From Felis catus (taxonomy: Eukaryota): a stretch of 64,000 nt of DNA. The stretch covers positions 153,390,001 through 153,454,000 of the forward strand of contig NC_058368.1 in assembly GCF_018350175.1 (NCBI RefSeq). Direction: 5' to 3'. The translations under genes were made by a program, and so were the position numbers. Numbering within the stretch: position 1 is the first letter of the stretch; every line of letters begins with the position of its first letter. The notes under the pieces were generated by a model. The model was not told the origin of the DNA. It was given only the letters and a program-made list of their open reading frames with translations, and searched no databases. Below, piece after piece: positions 24,461 through 37,988 of this stretch.

Positions 24461-25142
24461 CTTGCAGGCATGTACACAACCATTATTTCCCCCCAGAGCC
24501 ATTTGAAAGTAATTTGCCAGTATGATACTCTACCACTCCTGACTACTTTACTAGGTATTTTCTACCAATAGGGACATGTGCCTACATAGCCATAATACAA
24601 CTGTGAAAATCAGGTCATGGGTTATTACCATCTAATCCTCAAATCCCAGTCATGTTTGCCACTTGTCTCAATACTGTCCTTTAGAATGGAAGGCTGTAGT
24701 TAAAAGTCACCTGTTGCATAAAGTTGTAATACTTCTTTAGTGTCTTTCAGTTGAGAGCAGCAATAGTCTTTTCTAGTCTTTAGTGACCTTGACATTTTAA
24801 AGATTACTGACCAGTTATTTTATGGAATGTACCTCCGGGCCTTTTCCAACTGGAGAGAGTTAGATACCAACATCAATTGGCATCTATTGTATGAAAAAAT
24901 TAACTTCTTTCAATACATCTAGAATGGTATTAATTATGTACTGTTCTTGAGATGGTAGAGGAAATAGTGTGTTCTGTGATACAATTGAAAAAGACTGAAT
25001 TAATAGATTTGACAGGAGTACCTCAAAGGTAATGCTGTTTTCTCCTTAGTGAATCCTATCAGATGACACACAATTTTGATTTGTCCCGTTACTAATGGTC
25101 ACTTGCTTAAGCATGTGTCTTTCAGGATTCTCAACTATTTAG

Positions 25143-25372
25143 ATTTTTTTTTTTTTTAATTTTTTTTTTCAACATTTATTTATTTTTGGGACAGAGAGAG
25201 ACAGAGCATGAACGGGGGAGGGGCAAAGAGAGAGGGAGACACAGAATCGGAAACAGGCTCCAGGCTCTGAGCCATCAGCCCAGAGCCCGATGCGGGGCTC
25301 GAACTCACGGACCGTGAGATCGTGACCTGGCTGAAATCCGACGCTTAACCGACTGCGCCACCCAGGCGCCCC
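25143..25372 (-). mobile_element. Young CanSINE (SINEC_Fc-like, CpGs largely intact) inside the transduction cassette
   Basis: ggggcgcctgggtggcgcagtcggttaagcgtc head on the minus strand; flanked by T runs. Confidence 0.94.
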
Positions 25373-25380
25373 TTTTTTTT

Positions 25381-25518
25381 AAACTAATATCAATAATCTA
25401 TTTTATTAACCCCAAATATTCAAAATATTATCATTTGACAGATAATTCGTATAAAATTATGAGTGAGATCTTTTCATCTTTTGTTCATCTGAAGTCTCTG
25501 AAATCTGGTGTGTGTTTT
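25381..25518. mobile_element. Internal fragment resembling the MER33/MER3 (hAT-Charlie) DNA transposon, without termini
   Basis: 'ttttattaaccccaaatattcaaaatattatcatt...gaagtctctgaaatctggtgtgtgtttta' resembles the MER33 consensus as recalled. Confidence 0.65.
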
Positions 25519-27020
25519 ATTTTTTTTTTATTTTTGTTTTTTTATATATGAAATTTATTGACAAATTGGTTTCCATACAACACCCAGTGCTCATCCCAAA
25601 AGGTGCCCTCCTCAATACCCATCACCCACCCTCTCCTCCCTCCCACCCCCCATCAACCCTCAGTTTGTTCTCAGTTTTTAACAGTCTCTTATGCTTTGGC
25701 TCTCTCCCACTCTAACCTCTTTTTTTTTTTTTTTCTTCCCCTCCCCCATGGGTTCCTGTTAAGTTTCTCAGGATCCACATAAGAGTGAAACCATATGGTA
25801 TCTGTCTTTCTCTGTATGGCTTATTTCACTTAGCATCACACTCTCCAGTTCCATCCACGTTGCTACAAAAGGCCATATTTCATTTTTTCTCATTGCCACG
25901 TAATATTCCATTGTGTATATAAACCACAATTTCTTTATCCATTCATCAGTTGATGGACATTTAGGCTCTTTCCATAATTTGGCTATTGTTGAGAGTGCTG
26001 CTATGAACATTGGGGTACAAGTGGCCCTATGCATCAGTACTCCTGTATCCCTTGGATAAATCCCTAGCAGTGCTATTGCTGGGTCATAGGGTAGGTCTAT
26101 TTTTAATTTTCTGAGGAACCTCCACACTGCTTTCCAGAGTGGCTGCACCAATTTGCATTCCCACCAACAGTGCAAGAGGGTTCCCATTTCTCCACATCCT
26201 CTCCAGCATCTATAGTCTCCTGATTTGTTCATTTTGGCCACTCTGACTGGCGTGAGGTGTGATACCTGAGTGTGGTTTTGATTTGTATTTCCCTGATAAG
26301 GAGTGACGCTGAACATCTTTTCATGTGCCTGTTGGCCATCCGGATGTCTTCTTTAGAGAAGTGTCTATTCATGTTTTCTGCCCATTTCTTCACTGGGTTA
26401 TTTGTTTTTCGGGTGTGGAGTTTGGTGAGCTCTTTATAGATTTTGGATACTAGCCCTTTGTCCAATATGTCATTTGCAAATATCTTTTCCCATTCCGTTG
26501 GTTGCCTTTTAGTTTTGTTGGTTGTTTCCTTTGCTGTGCAGAAGCTTTTTATCTTCATAAGGTCCCAGTAATTCACTTTTGCTTTTAATTCCCTTGCCTT
26601 TGGGGATGTGTCGAGTAAGAGATTGCTACGGCTGAGGTCAGAGAGGTCTTTTCCTGCTTTCTCCTCTAAGGTTTTGATGGTTTCCTGTCTCACATTTAGG
26701 TCCTTTATCCATTTTGAGTTTATTTTTGTGAATGGTGTGAGAAAGTGGTCTAGCTTCAACCTTCTGCATGTTGCTGTCCAGTTCTCCCAGCACCATTTGT
26801 TAAAGAGGCTGTCTTTTTTCCATTGGATGTTCTTTCCTGCTTTGTCAAAGATGAGTTGGCCATACGTTTGTGGGTCTAGTTCTGGGGTTTCTATTCTATT
26901 CCATTGGTCTATGTGTCTGTTTCTGTGCCAATACCATGCTGTCTTGATGATGACAGCTTTGTAGTAGAGGCTAAAGTCTGGGATTGTGATGCCTCCTGCT
27001 TTGGTCTTCTTCTTCAGAAT
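25515..27020 (-). mobile_element. Young felid LINE-1 (L1_Fc-like), 5'-truncated, ~1.5 kb (ORF2 C-terminus + 3'UTR + polyA), one frameshift near 26260
   Basis: ORF-track 26229..26759 and 25768..26316 encode the L1 ORF2 C-terminus including the CWRGC...HCWWEC cysteine-rich motif. G-rich 3'UTR and T-rich tail present. Confidence 0.95.
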
Positions 27021-28809
27021 TCAACTATTTAGTTTTTTAAAATTTTTCCTCCTTTGGTAATTAGTTAAGTACTTTGTAAGGAAGTTCTTTGAGACTTTGC
27101 AAATAGCCCATTTCTTATGAAACTTTCAATTTATTCATTTATTTATTTATAGTACTGGTGATTAATATGGGTCTTAATTCTTTATTATCATATATTTTGA
27201 TGTTCAAGCTGTTCCCAGTTTAGCTAATGGAAGCCCCTTGAAGGTGGTTTATGTATTCTCTTGACGTGTCTCAAGTCACTTTTTGACTTCTTCCTTTCTG
27301 ACATAAGATAGAATAAGGTCACCTTGTACTTTCCCTACCCTGGTCCTGGAATTAGCCGTTTTAGCCTCAAGTCTTTTTAGTGGAAAATAACATTTAGAAA
27401 ACAAAGTCTGGACACTAGGTGTGCTCTTTGTTTTTGGAGTGTGGTGCTTCAAAGTTTCTCAGTTAGAGAGAGCTAAGATAGAGACACATGTATATATCAA
27501 TGTATGTCCACACATTTGCATTTCATCTATCCATCTATCTATTAAACCATGAATGCATACTGATATTATTAGTTTTAATCTGTCTCTTCAGGATTTATTC
27601 TATTTTTCTCCCTTTTCATATATGTAACCCCCTTCCTTGCTGCTGAGAAACCTGGTTCCCAGTGGTCTGATTATTTGCCCAATCTTTCTGTATGTAATCA
27701 GTCTCTTCTTTCTACTGCCATCCCCTCTCCTCTGTAGATGCACTGTTCCCCTGTGCAGGCTCTGCCATCGACACTGTGCCCCTCTAAATGGACAAATCCT
27801 CATCCTACTCAGGCTTGGCCTGTCTACACTAGACTGATCTTTGTGTGAGGACATCTTTACCCTCTATGAGGTGGGCTCTGACTCCCATGCTGTTCCTACT
27901 CCCCCCAGATTCTTCCACAAGCAGGGCAGATATGCAACAATTTCAATTTAGCTGCCAATGAAAAAGATAGGGTGGTAGCTAAAAGGTTATTCATTCAGGA
28001 AAGACCTGTTTTTGATAAGATGCCAATCTGAGGGCAAGTTTAAAGATATAGAAGAGACAGGATTAGTTGTAGGAATGTGAAAAGACCAAATTCTCACTTC
28101 AAGAGACTGGGAGGGGAGAAAGCTTCAATGCAGGTTGGTTTGAGAGTTTCCTGGCTGGAAGAGAAGTGACATTCTATCTTATGGCTGTTACTTTCTCTGT
28201 GCAGTCATGCTAAGATTTAGTTGGAGGTTTGAGGACAGTGGAGAGCGTTCTGAAATCACTGTAGAGAATGAAAAAGTGAAATGAGCAAAAACAAAACAAA
28301 ACAAACAAATTTCTGAGTGTTATGGAAGATCTGAGAATCGAAACCGAAAATGAGTTGAGATACCAACCGTTAGCCCCAGTGCTAGGAGTGGAGAAGGCAA
28401 TTTTTATCAGGCAAACATTTAAATAGAAAAACATGGCGCAAATAAGTTGAAGATACCGGCTAGAGAGGTTGACCTGAAGGAAATAATTGTTGAATGTTGA
28501 AATGAATAGTTGTTAAATAGAATAAAGCATAATTACATAGGAGAGGAAGATGATGAATAGAATGCTAATCATTGTTTTATTTTTTTAATTACAAAAATAA
28601 TACACGTATCTTATGAAAATAATTAAAACTATCCCCCCTCCCCCAAATCTTCAATGAATTGAAGATAAGACAGCAGAAGGGAGAAGAGGGTAGAAGGTGA
28701 TAGATTGATTTGAAAATCATGGTTTGAATACTTTCTAAGGTTCATGACATACACCTTGGATATGAAAGTGAATAATGAGACTTTAGTCTTTTCTCATAAG
28801 GTAAAATTC

Positions 28810-29040
28810 AAAACAGAGACGGAGGCAAACCATAAGAGACTCTTAAACACAGAGAAAAAACTGAGGGTTGCTGGAGGGGAGGTGGGGGGATGGGTTAAAT
28901 GGGTGATGGGCATTAAGAAAGGTACTTTTTGGGATGAGCACTGGATGTCATATGTAAGTGATGAATAACTGGTTTCTACTCCTGAAGTTAAGACTATACT
29001 GTATGTTATCAAAACAACAAAACAAAACAAAACAAAAAAA
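28810..29040 (+). mobile_element. Short carnivore LINE-1 3'UTR + A-rich tail
   Basis: 'aaccataagagactcttaaa...ctgagggttgctggagggg'. Confidence 0.8.
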
Positions 29041-32000
29041 CCCTCAAACCCAGTACCTTGAAAACTTTCAAAGGTCTTATACAAATCCCAGATATTTTTT
29101 ACTAAAAATGTTTCCTTTTAACAAAGACATAGGCAAGTAAGTATGGGTTCTTCAACTTATACAATAAAATCAAATCTGAATGATTTTTTTATTCTTTTAA
29201 TGTCTCCTTTCTTAATTCCTGCATGTAAGAGTTGACTTGTTTTTTTGTTATTGTTCTTTTTATTGTCCACTATTTTTGAGATGATGTGTGACCCCCTTCC
29301 TCCCCCCAAAAACTCCTCCCAACCTGCTTTAGAAAGTCAGCATGTTAGTATAAACAGTTTTATTGAGTAGACTCTACTTCGTGGATATTAACATAATAAT
29401 GTTTTTATTTTTCTCCGATCACAATTCCCAGTAGTGCTTTGTAGAAATCTCCCAAGACAATTTCCTGAGCATTTCTGCATCTTTGTCATCATTTTCAGTT
29501 ATTAAAAAAAACAAAGCAAATCCAAACTAATTTCACTCCAGTGTAAAAATCCAGGCTCAAATCTGATTCAAATATGATCCTCTCATTTCCCTCTATAGCA
29601 TGTCACTCCTTTGTTGTGGAGGAGGAATATAAGAGATGGCTGGGATTGCTTATTAAAGATGAGGAAGTACCCCTCCCCCCAAGAATGTGCATGATTCTGT
29701 TGCTGCTGGTGGTCACTGAGGATGTGATGATCTTCTCATAAGTTTGTGCAGTTTTTAGTGCTATTTAGCTTCACCTTGGTGCACTACCTCTCTGAGGATA
29801 TGGCAGAGGAGGCACCCATGTCTTCCTTTAGTCCTGCCTTTGGTCCATATCTCCCCCCCCCCCCCCAAAAAAAAAGCAAGCTGTCAGGTAACGTTAGGGC
29901 CTGGGCTTTCTCCTCTCTTCTCTATATTCTTTTGTATTGAGTCAAACCCGGAAGTCCTCCTCTGCATTCTCTGATAGATAAAGAAACTGGGAACAAGTTG
30001 GAGACTTCCTCCACCTTTTTCCTAATTTCCCTATAACGTGCTCTCTTTTTGTCCCGTTCTCCTGGGCTCAGTCAGCAAGTCCTCCTTCAAAATCTCCAGA
30101 AAAGAAGGAGGCACAGTTCCTGGTGTTCAGATATGCTCCCAAGTTCCAAAAGACACAGGTCACATTCTCCCTCATACTCCCTTATAGGGCTCACTGCACT
30201 TTGAAGGCAGGCTTCAGGTTGGTCTCTAGTTCCCTGACTCTAAATATTTAGCTAACTAGTAGGCTGTCAGGCTTTCTGCCTTGCCAGTGATCACTTTCTG
30301 TATTTCACTGAAACTCCCTCTTTACTTGACTTCTGGTGGGTTGAGGGGAACTATTTTTCTGCCCACTTAGGGGTGTTATGCCGGTTGGCAATTGGAGAGG
30401 TGGTTCCTTTGCCTCTGAATAAGTCCTCAGGGAGACTTTTGGCCTCATTGGTTGGAGAGGCCTTTAAAAGTATGGAATCCTTATACAATTTTGTCATCAT
30501 ATTTCAATTAGAATAACCAATTCCAAGACAACAAGAAAAATCCCATCAACATGCCATTATAATAGCACAAAACTAAAGTAAATGATATACTTCATTCTTA
30601 CATGACATTGTGTTATACAATGAAAAACAAAACAAAACAAAACACAAACTAACCCACAGGATATGGCAAACCAAATTTTTCAGTACCTAAGATTTTAAGT
30701 TAGGTATGCTTAGAGTAGCATTGATTTTCAAAGATCATCAGAAGTATTATTAGTGAAAATATTATAGGTGTTTTGTCTGACTTTCTCTTGGAATATAGCA
30801 GGTGTAAGATAGATGTCAGAGTGAGGGAGAGGAGTTAGGCCTATTATTAAATCATTGATCAGTCAAGAATATATCTCACTTAGTAACAATGTTTAACTTT
30901 TTATTAGTAGGGCTTTGAATACAATAAGCAAGACTGATGTTTATTTAAAAACAATAAACATATTTTCCTTTGAGACCTTTTCAAAGATTACTTGTTAATC
31001 TTATGCCTCATAGTCCCCTTAACAGAGAGGTTTGAATAAAGAAGTATTTTAGGTTCTGGCTTAAATATTAAGATGGTTTAAGCATTCCCAATGGCTAACA
31101 AGTATAATGATTATCATTCCCAGAGCAGTACTGTCTTCAGACTTTCTCAGCTGAATTCTTTTTGAGTGACATTTCTGCTATCCATATCCTTCTTGTTAAG
31201 AACTCAATAATGGACTAGGTTAATTAGAGATAGGTAATCTTACCTTGTGTTAATCATCCTTCTGTTAGAATAAATTAACCTTTTAGCTCCTATTTTCTGG
31301 AATTCCCAGCCTCCGTAGACACTGTTCTTGAGGCATTAGATAGCCTCATGAAATTTTAAACTCATTTGAATTTAGAAATATCCATTACTGATAGAGTTAT
31401 TAAACTTAATAATCACAGAGATTTACTCTGAGATCATTGAAGATTAGCCTAATTCAGATACTTTATAGGCTTGTTTCTTCCTAGCTGTGTGATTTGGGGA
31501 GATGTGGTTATCATCTCTGAGTTTTCATTTCCTGACTTAAAGAATGGGAATCAATATTATTCACTGAAATTATAGAAATCAAATGGGTTAACACCTATAG
31601 TGGATTCTGAAATGCACTACTGAAATGTTTGGTACTGGGAGTATTATTTTGAAATATAGTCAAGTCAGAAGATTTCACTTTTTGTCCTCTTGGTGTTAAC
31701 TGTTCACTAATATCCTGGATTCTTTTTCCTGGCTCCCTTGAATCATTGTCAAGGAACAAAATAATGGCAAAAAGTTGTGGCAGCGGGCATTCTGACCACT
31801 TGTAGCTCCCATAATTCTTTCGTACATGTGTAGCCCAGGCAGATTTATGTCAGTCCACCGAAAAATAGAGCACATTGGGAGTCACAGTGGAGATTCACAA
31901 CACCCCATGACAAACTGAAAAACAAGCATGTGTTAAATCTATTAACAATGAAAATGTAAGTTTGTCTGCATTTAAAAGGCAAAATAATGCAGTGAATTTC

Positions 32001-32550
32001 AGAGGTAATTTAGGAAATATTCAAACATTTGGCTTTAGTTAGAAAGGTGGGAAAATATATCAGAACTAGATTCCATTTGGGCAGGGTTTATCCTTCTCAT
32101 CCTGATTTTGAGCCAAAAATCCTCAGTTTTGACTAGTTTTAAATGTTTCTCCAAATTTGGGCAGAGCCTTTTGCCTATTTAGAGATAGATGCTGCTTAGT
32201 TCAACATCAGATAAGGGGGATGGAGGCTCATGTATATCAGGACCCACCAAAATCAAAGAGCAGAAAAAGGTCACAGGGTAGACAATGGTATGTTTGTGGA
32301 TAGAGGGGCACCACTAGTGAGTAAATAAATACCTCATGAGGTGGAAGATATCCCATTCATTAAAGTTTCTCTTGGGCAAAGAATGTATTTAGAAAAATTA
32401 CTTGATAAGCTACTGGTGGGTAGTTTGATAATAACTGAGTTGGTAAAACTTTGAGAATATAGGCACTTGCATTTATTTCTGTTTCAAGTATAAATCAATA
32501 CAACTCCTTAGGAGGGAAATGTAATAATGTTTATCAAAATTACAATTGCA

Positions 32551-32740
32551 GGGGCACCTGGGTGGCTCAGTTGGTTGAGCATCCGACTCTTGATTTCAGC
32601 TCAGGTCATGATCCCAGGGTCATGGGATGGAGCCCTAGTTTGAACGTGGAGCCTGCTTAAGATTCTCTCTCTCTTTCCTTCTCCCCCCTTTCTGCTTACT
32701 GTCTTTATAAAATAAAATAAAAAAAGAATATTCAAAAAAT
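32551..32740 (+). mobile_element. CanSINE (older type)
   Basis: Degenerate TSD aaaattacaattgca/aaaattataaatgca. Confidence 0.85.
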
Positions 32741-32751
32741 TATAAATGCAT

Positions 32752-33060
32752 ATCCAAAAAAGACATAGTTGGCCAACAGACACATGAAAAGATGTTCATC
32801 ATCATTTATCATCAGGGAGATGCAAATCAAAACCACATTGAGATACTACTTCACATCTGTCAGATTGGCTAAAATCAACAACACAAGAAACAACAGGTGT
32901 TGGTGGGAATGCAAGTTGGTGCAGCCACTGTGGAAAGCGGTATGGAGGTTCCTCATACATACATGCATCCCTGTGTTTATAGCAATGTTATTTACAATAA
33001 CCAAGATAAGGGATCAGCCCAAGTATCCACCGACTGATGAATGGATAAAGATGTGAGACA

Positions 33061-33113
<53 letters not shown>

Positions 33114-33460
33114 GAATATTATTCAGCCATAAACAAGAATGAAGTCTTGTCATTTGCAAGGACATGGATGGAGCCAGAGAGTATAATGCTAAGGGAAATA
33201 AGCCAGTCAGAGAAAGATAAAATGCCATATGATCTTACTCATATGTGGAATTTGAGAAACAAAACAAACAAGCAAAGGGGAAAAAAAAATAAGGGAGCGA
33301 GAGAGTCCAGTCAATGGACTTGTTGTGATAAACACATAGTGATATATGATTACTCATATACAGTAATATAACACTGTATGTTAACTAACAGGAGTTAAAA
33401 ACTTAAAAAGAAAAGAAAAGAAAAAAAACAAAAAAGAAAAGAAAAAGAAAAAAAAAAAAA
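32752..33460 (+). mobile_element. Carnivore LINE-1 3' fragment with internal deletions and (CA)n
   Basis: [10 protein letters not shown]...[13 protein letters not shown] peptide, 3'UTR and A-rich tail. Confidence 0.88.
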
Positions 33461-34059
33461 CTACAGCTACATGTATCTTATCCAAAAATACCACTACTGA
33501 GAATTTATTCTATGAGACCCAGTGTCCATAAATAGGTTAAATTAATTATGGTACATAGATTAAATGGAGTACACTGGAACAATGTAAAAGAATTACAAAG
33601 CTCACTATGCACTGATAGGAAAGATATCCAAAATATGTAGTACAGAGAAAAAAATTAAGGTACAGAACAATAATTAATTTAACCTATTCATGGACATTGG
33701 GTTGTTTGTGATTGTTTCCATTAATAACAATACTGCAACATGTAAATGTATATAGACCTTACTTTGCATTAGTGTATGTATACCCATAGAATAAATTCCC
33801 AGTAGTGATATTGTTGGAGACGATATATGTAATTGTTGTTTTGATAAACATTACTACATTTCCCTCCTACGTAGTTGTACCAATTTATAGTCCCAACAGA
33901 GATAAGTCCCCCTTTTCTCAAATTTTTGCCAGCACAATGTATTGTCAAGCTTTTACATTTCCACAAACCTGAGAGGAGACAAATGGCATCTTGGCTCTAG
34001 CACTTTTTTTTTTTTTTTAGTTCAATTCAAGAAAATTTGCAGACTATCTCAAATTTAGG

Positions 34060-35650
34060 GGAAAATTACAAGTGTAAAGAATGCTTCCCCACCGCCCCCG
34101 TAAGAATAAGTTACCAACATCATGACCCTATACTCCTGAATACTGTAGGGTGTATATCTTACAAGCAAGGACATTCTGCTGCGTAACCAAAATAAAACTC
34201 ATCCATATGAGAGCATTAGTTTTGATACATTAGTACAGTCTAATTCTCAGACTCCATTCATGTTTTGTCCATTATCCCTAGGATGTCCTTTATAGCAAAA
34301 GTAAACAGTCCAGAATCATGTGTTGTGCTTAGCTGCTGGTCCTCTTTAGTGTCTTCCAATTTGAAATGGTTCCTTCTGCTTTCTTTCACTTCTGTGATCT
34401 TGATACTTTTAAAGATTATAGGCCAGATATTTTGTAAAATGTCTCTCAATTTGGGTTTGCCTGACATTTCTTTTTGACTCAATTCAGATTATACATGTTT
34501 GGCAGGAATATAACAGAAATGATGCTGTGTTCCTCTCATTGCAACCTATCAGGTGACTCACAATTTTGATTTAGTGCATTACTGATGATGTTATTCTGAT
34601 CATTTCATTAAATTGTTGGCTGCCAAGTTTCTCTACTGTAAATTTAGTCTTTTCCTTTTGTAATTAGTGTTTTATAAAGTACTTTGAAATTATGTATATA
34701 GCTTCATTGTTAAAATTTCAATGTTATCAATTTGTTTCTTTTTAGTAATGTCATTGTGGACCCATGGTTTCTATTATATTCAGTAGGTCATAGTCTTTTT
34801 CTATCATTATTTATTTTGATGATCAAATTGTCCTAGATTTGGTCAGTGGGAGCTCCTTCAAGCTGGCTGTTCTGTCCTTTTGACTTTTCTCCATCATCTG
34901 TGAGCACTTCCTTGCTTTCTCATTCAGAGATGTTCCAGGCTTATCTTGTACTTTCCTTGTCTCTGACCTGGAGTCATCCATTTCTTCAGGACATTTTTCA
35001 TGGAGAATGGTATTTAGAAGCCAAGATATGGTGCTACGTGTCCTTGCTTTTGAGGTGTCTTGTTCCTAGACCCTCTTAATAAACAATTCCTTCCTCCTGT
35101 CCTCCTTCCCTCCCTCCCTCCCTTACTTCCTGCCTTTCTCTGTATTAAAAACTATGAGTTGAGGGACTCCTGGATGGGTCAGTCAGTTGGGTGTCTGACT
35201 CTTGATTTTGGCTCAGGTCATGATTTCACGGTTTGTGGAATCAGGCCATGTGTCAGGCTCTGTGCTGGCAGCGTGGAGCCTGCTTGGGATTCTCTCTCTC
35301 TCTATCTCTTTCTCTGTCCCTTCCCCACTCGTGCTCTCTTTCTCTCTCAAAATAAATAAATAAACTTTAAAAACTATGAGTTGATACTATAACTTCATTT
35401 CTTACCCAACATCACATGATTCATTTTAGTTATTTCCCTTCCCATATTTTTAATTCCCTTCTCTGACAGTGAGAAATGTATTTCACATTATCCTTAAATA
35501 TTTAATGATACCCCCTTTATGTAACACGTCTCCCATCACTGCTCCTCTCCCACATTAATACTTAACTCAGTCTTCTCGGGCCTGTGCCAGATACCTCCCT
35601 TCTCTCTCCCATCATTTCCTGCAGAAGTTCTCTTCACTCTTCATAGGCTC
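34060..35650 (-). mobile_element. Ancient L1MC-type 3'UTR containing a CanSINE
   Basis: 'ggccagatattttgtaaaatgtctctcaatttgggtttg...' is L1MC-like and parallels 24461-27900. Confidence 0.6.
35162..35372 (+). mobile_element. CanSINE
   Basis: TSD aaaaactatgagttga. Confidence 0.9.
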
Positions 35651-35971
35651 TGACAACTCAGGCTTTTTTGTTGTTGTTATGAGTGAGGTTGAGCAATTTT
35701 AATGAAGAGTGCCAATATAAATCCTTTCTCCATTTCCTATCCAAAATCTTTGGTGTAATCAACATTGCCCAATAATTTTTTTTGTAAGTGAATTATTTAG
35801 TAGTTCTTGAATCATAACTGAGTTTTATGTTCAGCTGAACAGAGTGAGTACAATTTTTAAATAGATGATTTATTCACTTAACACTTATTTATTGAATTTA
35901 CTGTATGTTCTGGCCTCTGTTCTAGGCACTGAGGATCCAGTGGTAAGAAAAAGAGACAAATTGCCTTCCTT

Positions 35972-35996
35972 AATTTAATTTTTTTTAATGTTTATT

Positions 35997-36032
<36 letters not shown>

Positions 36033-36200
36033 TATGAGCAGGGGAGGGACAGAGAGAGAGGGAGACATGGAATTCGAAGCAGCAGGCTCTGAGCTGTCAG
36101 CACCGAGACCAAGCCTGACGTGGGGCCTGAACTCAGAAACCGCAAGATCATGACCTGAGCTGAAGTCAGATGCTTAACTGACTGAGCCACCCAGGCGCCT
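35972..36200 (-). mobile_element. CanSINE
   Basis: Head at ~36200, (GA)n, T tail. Confidence 0.9.
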
Positions 36201-37279
36201 CAGAATTTGTATTTTTAACGTTAGGGTCAAATAATGAGCAATTTAACTTCTATACTTAGAGTGTAATGTCAATAGTGAAAAAGCTACAAAGAGAATAAAG
36301 TACCAAGATAGCATTTGCAGTTGCAGGGTCTGGAGTGACAGGGAAGGTTCAATGGACACCTAGGTGATAGAATGGAAAAAAATATTTTGTGTATACATTC
36401 CAAAGGTTAACATCTGGGAAGGCATTTCTACCTGGAAGGAAGATGCCAATTTCTGGGACTGAGAGCCCAAGTCAGAGATCCAAACTAGAGAGGAGGGCAA
36501 CCATTCACTATGGATTTCTTGCTAATTAATGCTGGGGGCACTTCTCAGGTGCAGGCCTGTGTAGCGCTGTCTTTGTAGCTTCAGTTCTAATAAAGGCATC
36601 AGAAACAACAACTCTGTAAATAACCAGTAAAGTTTTCTCTTAAATTTTTTAATCTATTTCTAATCTCTATGACTTCATCCTTGGAAGTTAGGGGATATTA
36701 GTTCCGTCTTACAGATGAGGAAACTGAAGCACTTAAGGATTAGTATAACCTGTCTTAGCTAGTAAGACAGTGAGCAGTGATTAATTCCACAGCCCAGGTC
36801 TTTCCACTGTTGCCCAGGGTCAGACTCTGAGCTAATATTTTGGGCAAGTGCCTTCCAGAAGCAACACCATTATGAGGTAAACTAGGGCCTTATATGAACC
36901 AAGATCCTCTAGACTATGGTCCTTTTGCTAAAACTTGATAAATATTCTCCAATTATATAGACATGTTTCCATTCAGTTACAATGAAATACAAATTTCCAT
37001 TCACCTTTTTAGGCTCAGACATTATCCTCTCGTGTCCAGAATCTAGGGTATGTTGGATGGTTAGTTATATGCTTATAATAAACAAAAACTTTATCCTTCT
37101 AAGATATAGAAATGCACAATATTATTTCACAGCAAATGCAGCTACCGTTTGATATTCCTGCCAATGTGCGTCTTTGAACAGAATTCTACCAGTGAGATCA
37201 CAGATAAATTAAGCCGGTCATCAGCAAAGCCTTGACCACAGACAAGTTAAATAGATTTATTTGGATTAACTATGAGAAC

Positions 37280-37370
37280 TCAGTAACTTAACTGTAATGC
37301 AGTAACTAAAGTAACTAACTAAACAGTAACTAAACAGTAACTAAACTAAACTAAGTAAACAGTAACTAAT
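37280..37370. repeat. Degenerate minisatellite of AAACAGTAACT units
   Basis: Repeated cagtaact/aaact modules. Confidence 0.75.
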
Positions 37371-37988
37371 GTGTAAGATTACACTTAACAGCATCAAATA
37401 ATTAAAAAGACAAATTGTCTATGACTGAGGCCTAAATAAAATAAAGTAATAATATTATGCTTATCAAAACTCAAATTAAAAAAATAGGAGAGGTAATAAG
37501 AAGAAAATATTTGAACCACTTTACGTATATAATGAGAAAGTAACGTCACTGTGGAAGAATGTAACTTGCCTCATCTGTGGTTTAACATCAGCCAGGGAGG
37601 GGATAGTGTAACCTCGCTGGTAGTCACTCCAAGTGCCTGCCACTTGTGAATCCTGAATAGGTCTCAGCAGCCTGGAGTACAGGGATCAATTAGTGATGTC
37701 TCCTTTGGGAAGGGGAATACGAAATGGTGGCTTTCATTTTGCCTGAGGCCACACTGGCCCTAGAGCCACTGTCAGGCCCCCCACCAGAACCAGCTCTGCT
37801 GCTCTTTCCTCAAGGCAGCCAGAGATTACAGTGAAAACAAGCACATGGCCTAGAGATGCTGGCCACCCAAATTTGCTTTCACTTGTAGTCAGATAACTTT
37901 GTCTAGTACCTACCACCCTATAAGAAGAGCTGCGTGTTTTAACCTTACGTTGAAAGGAAAGAGATTGATTAAAAAAAAAAAAAAAAAA

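Larger units (their letters stand above)
24461..27900 (-). mobile_element. Ancient L1MC-type 3'UTR, split by the 25131-27038 cassette
   Basis: Degenerate L1MC-like text reads continuously from ~25140 into ~27033. A similar copy lies at 34060-35650. Confidence 0.6.

Noticed and set aside
32296..32312. CTCF-like 'tagaggggcac'
   Set aside because: Only the 3' half matches; the CCAC/CCAG 5' core is absent.
37280..37370. Short repeat arrays (also 56435-56512) as CRISPR-like
   Set aside because: No unique spacers of constant length and a eukaryotic context; these are simple minisatellites.
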